Assembly (NCBI GenBank): GCA_036785375.1
Contig: JAWMAR010000090.1
Location: 3,224,001 to 3,288,000 of the forward strand
Source of the DNA: Leucoraja ocellata
Taxonomy: Eukaryota
DNA length: 64,000 nucleotides
Direction of reading: 5' to 3'
Shown here: in pieces, positions 25,931 to 39,332 of the stretch
Numbering within the stretch: position 1 is the stretch's first letter
Layout of the letters: each line of letters begins with the position of its first letter
Translations under genes and position numbers: made by a program
Notes under the pieces: generated by a model
Seen by the model: the letters and a program-made list of their open reading frames with translations, nothing else
Databases searched by the model: none
What the model was told of the DNA's origin: nothing

Positions 25931-28900
25931 CTACACATACTCTAAAGATTTAGCTTATTTCATCGTGCATGGATTGAGAATGAATTTGTGAGACTGCTAT
26001 AGTAAGATATTGTTACACACTGTATATTGATGGAGTGATTCTCATGAATTGAGAGCTACCTTTGGCATTTTAAGATGATGAACATTAAAATGATGGAGCT
26101 TTGCAATTAGACTTCAACTGAATCTCCACAAAAAAAGAATGAATACCAAAATTGCTTCCATTTTCTTACCAGAACACCAACAGGCCCACTAGGGTCTGAA
26201 TTGTTGAATGCTTCAGTTGTAGATCTGTACAAAGTGTTAACCTGGGTCTTTCTTTCATAGATGCCCATAGATAACTTGTAACCTTTCAGCATTTTCTGCT
26301 TTTTGTTCAGATTTATAAAATAAACCAATTGTTGATAGTTTGAGAAACACATTGCCTAAAATCAGAGATATCCAATCTTAGAAATATCATCTAAAACTAT
26401 TGTCATTTCATCATCACAGAAGGTAGTTGAGGCCAGTTCATTGGCTATATTTAAGAGGGAGTTAGAGGTGGCCCTTGTGGCTAAAGGTATCAGGGGGTAT
26501 GGAGAGAAGGCAGGTACAGGATACTGAGTTGGATGATCAGCCATGATCATATTGAATGGCAGTGCAGGCTCGAAGGGCCGAATGGCCTACTCCTGCACCT
26601 ATTTTCTATGTTTCTATGTTTCTATGATAGACACAAAATGCTGGAGTAACTCAGCAGGACAGGCAGCATCTCTGGATAGAAGGATTGGGTGACCTTTTGG
26701 GTCGAGACCCTTCTAGTCATTTCATCAAGACCTAGACTATCACCACCTTACTTATTAAGACCGTGGTGTCCTTTCACATTGAATAATATTGTATTGCGAT
26801 CAAGTAATAATTTCATTGCAAATGATTAATTATATGGTGAGTTTTTATATAATCTCTGTCTGCTAATGATATGTAGATCAATGCTGAATCCAACTTTATG
26901 AACTATTATAACTATTATTTATCCTAAGGCCATGTCCTGCAAAAGAACATCATGTACCAACTAATCATGTTTAAACAGAACTGATCTGGAGGCAAATTTG
27001 TTTTAGGCCAGATGGAAATGGAGAGAAAATCAAAAACTGTAGATGCTGGAAGCCTGACGAGAAAAAAGAAAATGCTGGAAAAGCTTAAAAGTTCAGTGGA
27101 CCATTAGAGAAACACTCATGGTTTTGGGTCTGAGACCCTTCGTCCGAAATGCAAAAGGTTTTCCTTAAAATTTCCTTCAATTCTGGTGAGGAACAGGGTC
27201 TGTGGGACATGTTTCCTCTGTGCAGGATGACAATGGACAGTCAGGGTCTCCAGATATTGAAGGACATCTGTATTGGGAGACAAGTGCAATCTCTGTAAAG
27301 CTGCTACTCTGAGGAAGCAAGAAGCGCAGGTACTACCATGAGCAATAAACAATCTGGAGTAAATCCATTTCTTCCTCCGTCTGCTCTAATAAAAACTAGA
27401 TGAAGTTTCCTCTTCATCAAGATAGACACAAAAAGCTGGAGTAAATCGGGGGGGTCAGACAGCATCTCTGGAGAAAAGGAATAGGTGAACGTTTCTACTT
27501 TGAAGAAGTTCTGCTCCTCTCTCTGACGAGAGTCCTGCTCTCCGACTCTACAGTCTCGACCCGAAACGTCAACTATTCCTTTCCAACTGCGATGCTGTCT
27601 GACCCGCTGAGTTACTCCAGCTTTTTGTGTCTATCTTCGGTTTAAACCAGCATCTGCAGTTCCTTCCTTCATTTCCTCTTCATCACTCTGGTTGGTGAAT
27701 CCTGGTCCGATGGTTTCTTTGTTATCACGCGTACCAAGGTACAGTGTAATTCCTTTTTTTGTATACAGATCAGCAAGATTATCCACACACAGGAGCACAA
27801 TCTCCCCGTTAGTACAGCTTGACATCCCCCTCAGAAGTCCCCCTGAAAATGTGAGGCCTAGGCCGGGGCGGGACGGCGATCTCAACCTCATCGGGACTTC
27901 AGCGCTGATTGAATTTTCCCCTCTGTCCAGGGCTCTGGAACTTTGACCCGGCCTTGCACAGCCCTCTTCAGCTCTTGTTCCCTAAGGGTCGTCGTTCTTG
28001 TTTCCAGCCTTTTGTCCAGCGTCCGCCAGCTTCATCGACTCCCTCCGCCTTCTCTCCTGGTGTTCGGGGGGGGGGGGGGGGGGGTGGGGGGGGGGGCAGG
28101 TTGCTCCTGCCCAATGCAACGGTGAGCAACAACAAACTGTGAAGATTTGGCAGAGCCCAGCACCAGCTGCAGGAATGTCCCTGGGGGCGAGGAAACTGGG
28201 ACTAACCGTGACTTTCACCTCCATGGGCTAAGCGGTCAAACAATACTCATAATGTTGCATCTGGGGATCATTGGAGGTCAGAGACGCCATGTGGGCAACT
28301 AATACAATTTGAACATTGGCCCATTAAATCACACGTTTTCTAGAGTACATAGCATTGGGAAAATGTTCTTCGATGAGTTGTTTTTCCTCGCGACAGTCTT
28401 GCTGCAGGTACATTTTGTGTACTATATCACTCTTGACATCAGCTGGAGAGTTTTTCCTTGCACAGGAATCAAAGTGGTCGAGTGGACACGAGTCTGATAT
28501 TTACTATTTCCTTCCCTTATCCAAGGTGTGAGACAAAATCCTTTGTGTGTTCATCTCTCGCTTTAGTCCAACCATCTGCCTATCAACCCCCCCCCCCCCC
28601 CCCCCCTCTCTCTCTCTTTGCCTGTGTTCAACTTTGCCCTGCCACACTTTATTCTGCAGCTTTCTAATCCCCACCCCACCCCAGCAGTCAGTCTGAAGAA
28701 AGGTCCCAACCCAAAGCATCACCTATCCATATTCTCCACGGATATGCAGGAAGGAACTAGGAACTGCAAATGCTGGTTTACACCGAAGATAGACACAAAA
28801 TGCCAGGGTAACTCAGTGGGACAGGCAGCATCTCTGGAGAGCAGTAACGGGTGACGTTTCGGGTCCTTCAGGTGCTGCCTGACCTACTGAGTTACGCCAC

Positions 28901-30419
28901 CATTTTGTGTCTTTCTTTACTATTCCCCAGTTTTGTCAGAACCCCAACAACGCGACATTGTTATCTTTTGGGGGTTGTGTGAATCCATTAATAGCGCTGA
29001 GGAATAGTTTCGACCTAAAACGTCACCCATTCCTTCTCTCCAGAGATGCTGCCTGTCCTGCTGAGTTACTCCAGCATTTTGTGTCTACATTAATAGCGTG
29101 TTGTCCATTCATGGTTTGAGCCTCTATGTTCCTTGCTCCCTGAATTATGAATCTTTATCCAAGTTAAACCACATAAGCTTTGAATTAAAGAAGACGTTTT
29201 ACAAACAAAGGATGGTGAAAAATACTAAAACAGTAGCTTACTGTTTGAATTTGAGATTGGCATTGATACAGTCACTCACCTCACAAGCTGTGCAACTATT
29301 ACTGGTATACACCTTTATCCCGAGGGCTTTGACTAACAGAAGGTACAAGCTCACCTGTGCTATGTGACTAATTAAGATACATAAACTCACTTATCTGGAT
29401 TTATTGTTTACAGTGTTATGTGAAGTCATGCGTTGTGGTTATGCATAGACGACAGTCACCAGCAAAAACAGAGACAAACATTCCTAAGGAGTTTTATAGG
29501 AGGAAACGTCAAACAAACCTTGACTGAACCATAAAATAATGTAGTAGAACAGGACGTGTAGGAAGGAACTGCAGATGCTGGTTTAAACCGCAGATAGACA
29601 CAAAATGCTGGAGTAACTTCAGTCTGAAGAAGGGTCTCACCTATTCCTTTTCTCCAGAGATGCTGTGTGACCCGCTGAGTTACTCCAGCTTTTTGTGTCT
29701 ATCCGTAGTAGCACAGAAGTTATACAGTTTGGTGAAAGACCTCATATGTTGCAATACATACTTGGTGAATAAAGTGTGATTCTGATTCTGATTCTGATTC
29801 TGATAATGGGTTTTAAATAATGACCTCATAGAAAAGAGAGTGGCGAAGAAGCAGGTGGATTTCAGGAGTAAATTCACGATTTGGAGCTGATATAACTGAT
29901 TGGCCTCATTACAAACCAAAGGCAGCCAGTGATGTGCAAAAGGTCAGAATTGGAGCGTAGAGTCTTGGGCTGGAGGATGGGACTGAGAGATGAGAAACAG
30001 GCCCTTCGGCCAACGAGTCCATGCTGACCATCGACCACCCGTGCACTAGTTCTTTGTCCTACACACTAGGGGAAATTTACAGGAGCCAATTAACCTACAA
30101 ACCTGCATGTCTTTTTGGAATGGGAGAGGAAACCGGAGCACCCGAAGAATACCCACGTGGTCACAGGGAGAATGTACAAATTCCACACCAACAGCACCCA
30201 CAGCCAGGATCGGACCTGGGTCTCTGGAACCGTGAGGGAGCAGCACCACTGTGCCACCCTTGGTAGGAGCCAGATTAGACCAGCAGCCACAGAATTAAAC
30301 TCATAATGTCAGACTGAGAATATAATATCCCATTTCAAGCTGTGTGCTAGACACATATTTCATTTGTGTTAATGGATTGTTTTCGAAGATTTCTCACCCA
30401 TACTGTCAGTGGATGATTG

Positions 30420-32550
30420 AGATAAGAAAAGATAGACAAGTGTATGAAGCAGGAGTACACGGCTATGAAGTATATCATGAGCAATAGGGTTGTTGTAGTG
30501 GGTATCTTTAACATTCCAATATTGAATGCGACCTACTTAGTTCAAAGGCTTAGGTGGGCAGAACTTGTTAGGTTTATCCAAGGGGGTTTCCTAACATAGT
30601 ATGTGGTAGTCCGACTCCAGGAGGGACCATCATGGATCTGGTATTGGGAATGGAGCCTGGCCAGACGACTGATGTTTCAATGGAAGAGCATTTTGGGGAT
30701 AGTGTTTGCAACTTCATAAGCTTTGTGATTGTTTTGAATAGGGACCTTGGAGATAGGTAGTAAATTGGAGATATGTCGGTGGATTACAACATCATTAAGA
30801 AGGACAGGCAACATCTCTGGATAGAAGGAATGGGTGACGTTTCGGGTCGAGATCCCTCTTCAGACTGAGCCCATTCCTTCTATGCAGAGATGCAGCCTGT
30901 CCCACTGAGTTACTCCAGCATTTTGTGTCTATCTTCGATGTAAACCAGCATCTGCAGTTCCTTCCAAAAACTGCAGAAACTTACAAAATTCTTAAGGGGT
31001 TGGACAGGCTAGATGCAGGAAGATCATTCCCGATGTTGGGGAAGTCCAGGACAAGGGGTCACTGTTTAAGGATAAGAGGGAAGTCTTTTAGGACCTAGAT
31101 GAGACAATCATTTTTTACACAGAGAGTGGTGAGTCTCTGGAACTCTCTGCCACATAAGGTAGTTGAGGCCAGTTCATTGGCTGGATTTAAGAGGGAGTTA
31201 GATGTGGCCCTTGTGACTAAAGGGATCAGGGGGTATGGAGAGAAGGCAGGTATGGGATATTGATTTGGATGATCAGCCATGATCATATTGAATGGCGGTG
31301 CAGGCTCGAAGGGCCGAAGGGCCGAATGGCCTACTCCTGCACCTATTTTCTATGTTTCTATGTTTCTATGTTTCCTACACATTATTAAGAAGCAACTAGG
31401 GAGAGTAAATTGGGTGCAGATGTCGTTGGGTAAGTTCACATCTGCCATGTCGGAGTAATTTAAAGGCCAGTTGATCAAAGTTCAGGACTGGCATGTTCCA
31501 GCGAGAGGGATAAGGATGGCAAAATAAGGGAATCTTGGATGACCAAAGAGGTTGTAAATTTGGTCATAGGAAAAAGGAAGAGTATGTGAGGTTTTGGAAT
31601 ATGAAAGCAGACTGGGCCTTTGTGGAATATGAAAGCAAGTAGGAAAAAACTCAATCGGGAGGTTAGAAGGGCCAAAAGAGGCCATGGAATGTTTTGCAAA
31701 TCAGATTAAAGAAAATCCCAGGCTTTTTATACGTACATTAAAGCATATGGTAACCAGGGGGAGGATAGGACTGCTCAAGGATAAAGGAGGGAAATATGTG
31801 CCTGGTCAGAGGATATAGGTGAGGTACTAAATGAGTTATTTGCATCTGTATTCACCACGGAGAAGACCAGTGTGGAGAATACTAATATGCTGGGGCAGTT
31901 TGTGATCAAGAAGGAGGAGATGTTTGGGCTCTTGAAAACCATTGAGGTGGGTAATTCCCCAGGGACTGAAGGGCTCTAATCCCAGGCTATTAAGAGAGGA
32001 GAGTGCAGGGGCCCTGATGAAGATCTTTGCATCTAATCTAGCCACAGATGAGGTTCTGGAGGAGTCTAGAGTAGCCATTTTTTTTGTTTGATTAAGAGGG
32101 GAAGTGGAGGGAACTAGAGTACTTTACAAGACGTGTACAGTTCTGGTCATCAGAATAGGAAGCATGTCATTAATATGGAAAGGGTGCAAAATAGAATGAT
32201 CAGGATTAGAGGCTTTGCGTTATACGGGAGCTGGATGGGCTGGAATTTGATTTTCCCTGGAGCATTAGAGACTGAGTGGTGGCTTTCTAGATGTTTTTAA
32301 ATGGTAAGAGACATAGATTGGGGAATAGCCTGTGTCAGAGTAGTCTAAATCTAGAGACCACAGCTTCCGAAAGGGAAATAGAGGAGACTAGAGGTGGGTA
32401 CAAAACATTTAGAAGATACATGGACAGAAAAGGTGTAGAGAGATAAGGGCCAAACATAAGCAACTGGGACTGAATGTTATGGAACTTGCCCAGCGTGGAT
32501 GAGTTGGGTTAACGGTGTTGTGCCCATGTGGTTTAGCTCTATGGCTATAG
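30420..32550 (+). mobile_element. Degenerate CR1 LINE (endonuclease region to 3' end, internally deleted) with nested pLTR element and young CR1
   Basis: VVVVGIFNIPN, DLVLGMEPGQ, EHFGDS, IKENPRLF, EVLNELFASVFT motifs. Nested inserts span 30803-31380. Confidence 0.75.
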
Positions 32551-33163
32551 GCCTAGAAATTGCTGTCAGAGTTAAGGCGATGATAATACCTTTGGAACAA
32601 TCTTAGTGCAAAGAAAACCTTACATGTTAAGAGTCCTAAAGAGAGCATAAGATCAAACTAACTCAAATTGGTTAACTGTGTATGTGGAAACTGCCAACCA
32701 TCTCTCAGCGGAGCAGGAATAGATATCAGGCTTTTTTTGAGAACCATTTTTTGGTCATGCGAAGACTCAGATGGTAATTAAAGATTGTATACAGCTATTG
32801 AATAATGTATCCAGAACGATTCACAAGAGCTCCCAGGATATGGAAAGATGTTTCAGCTGCTTAATTTTCACCAGTTTCCACTTCAATCGTGGCAGTTAAT
32901 TATTACATGCAGTGAAGTGTTGGAGTAGGGAAAGTTATAATCCAGGAGGGTCTGGAAATGAATCATTGGGAGCTGTGTTCAGTCAACTGCTTGTTTATGC
33001 ATTTGGCAATTTACTAGTTGTATTCATAGATTGGAGGGAATAATTTATGACAGCTTTCCAAAGCAGCAACAGTAAATAATCAGAACAATGCGCGTTCATT
33101 AATTTGATTTCAATTGTCGGAGAGTTGGTCATTAGAGGTATTCTGAAGAACCACAGAGAAAGG

Positions 33164-33308
33164 ATTATTATTATATATAAAAATATTAGTTATTGTTATT
33201 AGTAGTAGTACTATTGGTATTATTATTTGCAATATTAGTATTGCTGTTATATTATAAATTATTAGATTATTGTTATAATATATTATATATAAAGATATAT
33301 TATTAACA
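33164..33308. repeat. AT-rich degenerate (TAT)n low-complexity tract
   Basis: Visible directly in the sequence. Confidence 0.8.
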
Positions 33309-34474
33309 TAGCTTCTTAGAAAGTATCTTTTCCTAAACCCTGGTGAAATCTCGTAGGAAACTACTACATTGGTGGGTACTACATGGTACAGCTTGTAATG
33401 GGATTTTTAAATTATTTTTGACAATTGCCTATCCATGGGCTACATTCTGAGGCCAGGATCCCAAGTGACCAGCGACTATTTTTTAAAGCTGGGCTTTGAC
33501 TAAACTCCGCATCCATCGCATGTTTGTCTTTAGTAGAAATGGTTCTGTGACAAGTGGTTGCTATCGGAGTGCTGCAGGTACTAGAGACGATCTTTATTAG
33601 TTACCAACAGAAAGAAATTGGAAAACATGACTATAAACTTGCATGTTGAATGGAGCATAGAATTCTGTGAGTGTCAATATTCAGGGTGAAAGCCACCAAA
33701 TTTGAGCAGACCCAGATATGATAAGGAACTGGTTAATAAATGATGGGTGTCATTTAATAATCTTCAGTCTCACCTGGGCGAAATAATAATGAGCAGTATA
33801 TCCAGGTGCTCTGATGCCACTAACTTGGGAGAGATAGTAAGCAGTGGAGAATGGGAGCACTGGAGAGAGTTGCATAAGGGCCCCATTAATAACTGGGAGA
33901 TATCAGGACAGGAGATGGTGATGTGGTGGGAAATGGGGGGATGGGGGGGATGGGGATGTAGATTCAATAACTTTAGGAGATCCTCCATGGTCTGCTTTAA
34001 ACTTTTGGCATAAGTTTCCCAGTCATTAGATTCGGGCTGCCACAGAGTGAAGACAAGGTGAATATGTTACAGTTTGATACGATATGATACCATATCGACA
34101 GAACTTTATTTATCCCAGGAGCGAAAACACAAAAACACAAAATACATGAAACAAGAAATGATGATGAATATACTGGATACTGGGGATTGGCAGAAGAGTT
34201 AGGACCATATGAGGTTTATATGAGGTGGAATAATAATAATACCCCAGGGATCTGTAGCAGGGTAGAAGATGTTAGCATCTTGAAGATTACAAGTCTGTTT
34301 AGACGATTCAGTCTACAGACTGTTCAGTCCAGCAACTCAGTGCCAAGGTTTATGCTCCAAGCAAATCTTTTACCAGCATTCTTTACGTAACCCATCACTT
34401 TCCCCATTTCCTCTCTCCTTCTTGCGTTTACCTGTCTGTTAATCCACCATTGCCATGACGTTTACAGTGAAGTT

Positions 34475-34887
34475 AGACACAAAATGTTGGAGTAACTCAG
34501 CGGGTCAAGCCACAGCTCTGAAGAAAAGGAATAGGTGGCGTTTCGGGTCGAGACCCTTCTTCAGACTGAAAGTCAGCCGAGGGGGGGAGACATAGAGATA
34601 TGGAAGGGTAAGGTATGAAAACGAGAGATCAAAGGGGCCAAAGTTCAAGGAAAGCGTGGAATAGATCATTGGTGGCTGAGGGGAAGGTGACAAAGTGGCA
34701 TAGAATCAGTAAAATGTAATCAGGACCGTGAAACTAATCTTAGAACTAGGATGGGGGAGGGACGGAGAGAGAGGCAACGCAAGGGTTACTTGAAGTTAGA
34801 GGTCAATATTCATACTGCTGGGTTGTAAGCTGCCCGTGAAATATGAGCTTCTGTTCTTCCAATTTATGTTGGGCCTCACTCTGACAG
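34475..34887 (-). mobile_element. Penelope-like element 3' fragment
   Basis: Reverse complement of the 56724 copy: ORF end (EEQ..LIF..LQPSSMN..SNFK), the same UTR and the hammerhead motif near 34537-34565. Confidence 0.75.
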
Positions 34888-36179
34888 TATTGAGTACGGT
34901 GTTTACAGATCTATTGTGCTGCTGCAAGTAAGAATGTCATTGTTCCCATATTAACACTCTTGACTCTTGACTCGTAGCTAAAGAAGTGTCCCCTGCATGC
35001 CCTCGTGCATTAAGAGTGATTATTGAATAGTTATAACTAGTATTGTTCAAACCACATGCAGGAAATGTCTTTGCTCTATGTGGTACATATACACAGTGGC
35101 AAATTGTGTTATCATAATGCTGCCACTTAATGCTTGCATTTTCTACTAAAGACATAGGAAAAGATTCCACTATACTCAAAGATGCAACTGAACATGTGTT
35201 GGGTATTTGCAGAGAATGTGTTCCCTGCTACTCTGCAACAAGGCAAGGAATGGATGGCCAGTGGGCACATGTTGGGTCAGTCAGGTTAGTCCTCTGGCTG
35301 TTGGAACAGTGGGAGAGGCAACAATGGGAGAATTCAGTGGCGATGGGTGATTGAGGTTGGGCAGTGATTGATCATTGGCATAGTGAGGGACAGGTGATCG
35401 GACTCTGGCAATGGTGGCTTGTTGCTGCAAGTGGAAGCCAACTAGGGGGGTTTTGGTCAGGATGATGGCATGGATGGCAGCGCGGTGTAACAGGTGGAGA
35501 GGGGTGTTAAGGTGGTACCTGACCAGGGTAATGTTTGGGGGGTGGGCTTTGTGGAGCTGTGGTTCAAGTTGCACCTCAGGGGACTGTGTTGGGTGGGGGC
35601 AGTGCTGAAAGATTGTGAGGTTCCTGGATCTCAGTGGATCATGGGGTCAGGGTGGAGGCTAAGGAGGGGTTGATGGGGGCTACTGCTAATTTGTGGTCGG
35701 GTGCCTAATGGATGATAGCCAAGCAATTGGCTAACCTGGTAGAATCTTAGTTTGACATTCTGCTAACGATGTTAGCTGCTGGGACCACTCAGCCAGATTC
35801 CCCCATTCAGCTCTGATAGAACTATTGCACGGGAAGGGCCATTGTTCCATCATTCTCTGATGCAGAAATCACATCAAGGGTACAGAGGTGATTCATACTT
35901 GGATGTGATCATTCAATGGATTGCCAGAGTAATGCCTAGCAACCCGGTCATTATTATTTTACGTTTCTGAAAAAGATCAATTTTCAATTTGCATCAATGC
36001 CGAACAAAAAATAACATTAAATAATTGAACCTCTGAGAAAAATCTGTTACTCCTTCAACATGTTTTCCTTATGGGAATGATGTGTTGATGATTGGAAGCT
36101 CCCACCATTGCTGGCACCGAACTACTCCTAATTATGCTGGTGAACACTGGGGGCCTCTGGTACAGCCCCATCCACGAAA

Positions 36180-36620
36180 GGCTTGGATAGAGTCAATGTG
36201 GAAGGGATGGTTCCATTAGTGGGAGAGTCTAGAACTAGAGGACACAGCCTCACAATTAAAGGACGTCCTTTTAGGAAGGAGATGAGGAGACATTTCTTCA
36301 GTCAGAGGGTGGTGAACCTGTGGAATTCTTTGCTGCAGAAGGCTGTGGAGGCCAAGTCAGTGGATATTTTTTAAGGCAGAGATAGATAGATTCTTGATCA
36401 GTACGGGTGTCAGAGGTTAAGGGGAGAAGGCAGCAGAATGGGATTAGGAGGGAGAGATAGATCAGCTATGATCTATGCCATGATCATATTGAATGGCGGT
36501 GCAGGCTCGAAGGGTCGAATGGCCTACTCCTGCACCTAATTTCTATGTTTCTATGATTGAATGGCGGAGTAGACTTGATGGGCCGAATGGCCTAATTCTA
36601 CTCCTATTCCTTATGACCTT
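36180..36620 (+). mobile_element. CR1 3' end (CTTATGA-type tail). Similar copies at 44378-44500(-), 55770-56025(+), 57519-57870(+), 57871-58158(-), 62228-62473(+)
   Basis: ORF 36183-36374 GESRTRGHSL..FFSQRVVNLWNSL and the 3' hairpin gatgggccgaatggcctaattct. Confidence 0.85.
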
Positions 36621-38761
36621 ACGACCCATTTCTGCCATCTGCCTGCTCTGCCCACTATGCCTGGTGGGAGGAGAGGCACCTCCAGTTACACCAGTTATTC
36701 TCCCTCTCATCTCTTGCGGCACAGCTTCCAGCCGCTGCAGCTTTCCGCATTCTTTAATTGCCAATTCTACAGCTGTTCCACTCCATAAACATCCGTGCTT
36801 GCTTATCGCTACTACTTAGAACGTTTAAATGCCTTCTCATTGTACCACCGCTATTAAGTAGTTCTGTGCTTCCTCCTTTACACCGCTGGCTAATTGCGTA
36901 GGGACTGCAGTGCATGTTTCAGCCCAGAGACTGGAAAACTGTACAGGAAAACAGCAAGCAGTATTGCGCCCAAAATCTCCTGACCTCTGAATGCGCCCAA
37001 CATGATGTCTCTCCCTCAGTCACCAAGCAATAGGATTTGTGAGCTCATTAAAGATTAATCCAAACTGCGACTTTTTCCTAAACCATCCCCAGAGCAGACG
37101 GATGAACAGTTCCTAGTTACGTTCGTTGCAAACATTGTCCATATGTTGCCTGTCAACTCATTCAGCCTGGTGCAGATCCTTTGTTTCCCTTGTATGCTTG
37201 TGAGCAAGAGCTATTAATACTGCCCGCTCCCCTGAGGCTGCCCAGCACTTTATTTTGCTTTTTTTTTCCTTGTGTGTTTCTGATTGAATGCCTGATATGT
37301 AGATTCCTCTGGAACTCCCTTGAACCCTGCTCAATAATCTTCTCTACAATTGCCACAATCTGCCATCTACCACAGGCCCACAGACAGTGCAGTGCTTAAA
37401 GGTGGCTCTCTGAAGGTAGTTTGTTGTAGCTTCACACCATCATTTCACCAGGAGGTTACCCTCTGCCTTACGCTGATTATTCTTCTGGAGTTCCAGTCGC
37501 CTCAGGTGCTTTGCAGATCTCAGAAGCATGGATAAACTGAGCAGTTAAAGTGAAAGTTTAGAGATACAGTGCGGAATAAGGCCCTTCGGCCCACCGAGTC
37601 CGTGCTGACCTGTGATCCCCACACACTAACGCCATTCTACACACACACACACCAGGGATAATTTACAATCTTTTACCGAAGCCAATCAACCTACAAACCT
37701 GTACGTCTTTGGAGTGTGGGAAGACAGTGGAGCCCCTGGGGAAAACCCATGTGGTCACAGGTAGAACATGCAAACTCCATGCAGACAGCATCCGTGTCAG
37801 GATCGAACCTGGGTCTCTGGTGCTGTAAGGCAGCAACTCTACCACTGCGCCACTGTGTCACTCGGTGGAATTGAAAGCTTAGTGCTGATACAAAGTTGTT
37901 TCAGTTTCCATTCGCGGATTGGAAATCATGTTTCAGAATGAATTGAAAACCATGTTTTTATACACATACAGTCATACAGTACAGAATCGGGGTCCTTCGG
38001 CCCAATTCATCCATGCCAACCAAGATGCCCCATTTAAGCTAGTTTGCCTGCATTTGGTCCATATCCCTCTAAACCTAGTACCCAATCATTAAATATAACC
38101 GGGTTCCTCGTGTATATGTCCATTCAATTAATGTAGGTTGCTAAGAATGGAGACCATTGTCATATGAAATGCAGTACACATCTTGACATCAGTTTATACA
38201 TAATTGTCTTAATATTTGATTCCTGAGAATAATGCAGACCACTCGCACTAAAACATTCTATAACCATGAAAGTTGAGGCCTGCTTTGATCATTTTTATCC
38301 AGGGCCTAACTTACCCAATCTACTGCTTTAAAGTTCAAGGCATCCATTGTCTTTCAGTAGTTGTTGAATGTTTGTTCCCTTTTCTTCACTTCTGAAGTTT
38401 ATTTATTGAACTGTCCACTGTGCTCTCCCTCAACTTTGGCCTGATTAGCTGTCCACCAGTTTTTCTGACAACCATCCTGCCCAAACACAAAACCCAACTG
38501 TGTGTCCATTGCTCGACAATTTTCATTCCCCAAAGTTGTTAATGCTTCCTTCCTTTAATGTTTCCAATGTCTAATGCCCCAAACCCAATTCCTCAATTCC
38601 TAACCCTCCCTCAGTTCCCTTTTATTAACGAGGCCCATGGTCCAAACCTTCTCAATTCCCAATGTTCTTGGCACTCTCTTACCTAATGGTCTCCAATGTC
38701 CAATGCTTCAAAGCTCCTCATATTTGAATGCTCCAAACTGCCAATACTCTGGACCCCTGAT

Positions 38762-39332
38762 GTTAATAATAATAATAATAATACATTTTATTTGCGGGCG
38801 CCTTTCAAAGTCTCAAGGACACCTTACAGAGATTAACAAGAGAGAAAAAACATATAGTCGGAGTAAAATAAATAATAAGGACATCAACAATACACAAATT
38901 AAAGACAGAATTCACTCCAAAGACAAAAAAATCAAAAACACAATGTGAAGAGAGAGCAGCGGCAGCTAAAGCGCGCCAGCGTCCACTCTCCCTTCCAACA
39001 CCCATCTTGGACACAGACTAACATATTAACTTACACACAAAAAAAATCATCCCCCCACAATGATTGCCACTGTGGGGGAAGGCACAATGTCCAGTCCCCA
39101 TCTCCAGTTCTCCCAAAGTCAGGCCTATTCAGGCTATAGCCTCTACGGAGGCCCGATGTTCCTGGCCGTTCTGGCCGGGTGGTGTTGCCCCGGCATCGGG
39201 AGAGTCCTTTCAGCGGCTGGGCCACCTGGAACGGCCGCTTTGTAACCGCGGCTCCCAAAGCCGGCAAGGCCGCGCCGGTTTGGAGCTCCCAGGCTCCCGA
39301 TGTTAGAGTCGGCGCCGCCCGCTCCGCTGTTA
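38762..39332 (-). mobile_element. Non-coding CpG-rich retroposon with L2-like tail
   Basis: Minus 3' end is gtaaggtgtccttgagactttgaaaggcgcccgcaaataaaatg(tat)n. Confidence 0.55.

Noticed and set aside
27820-27860. Possible fourth copy of the CATCC stem-loop module
   Set aside because: Only catcccc and a 4-bp stem match; too weak to count.
35240-35750. G-rich stretch with short ORFs
   Set aside because: Compositional bias only; no family or structure I can support.
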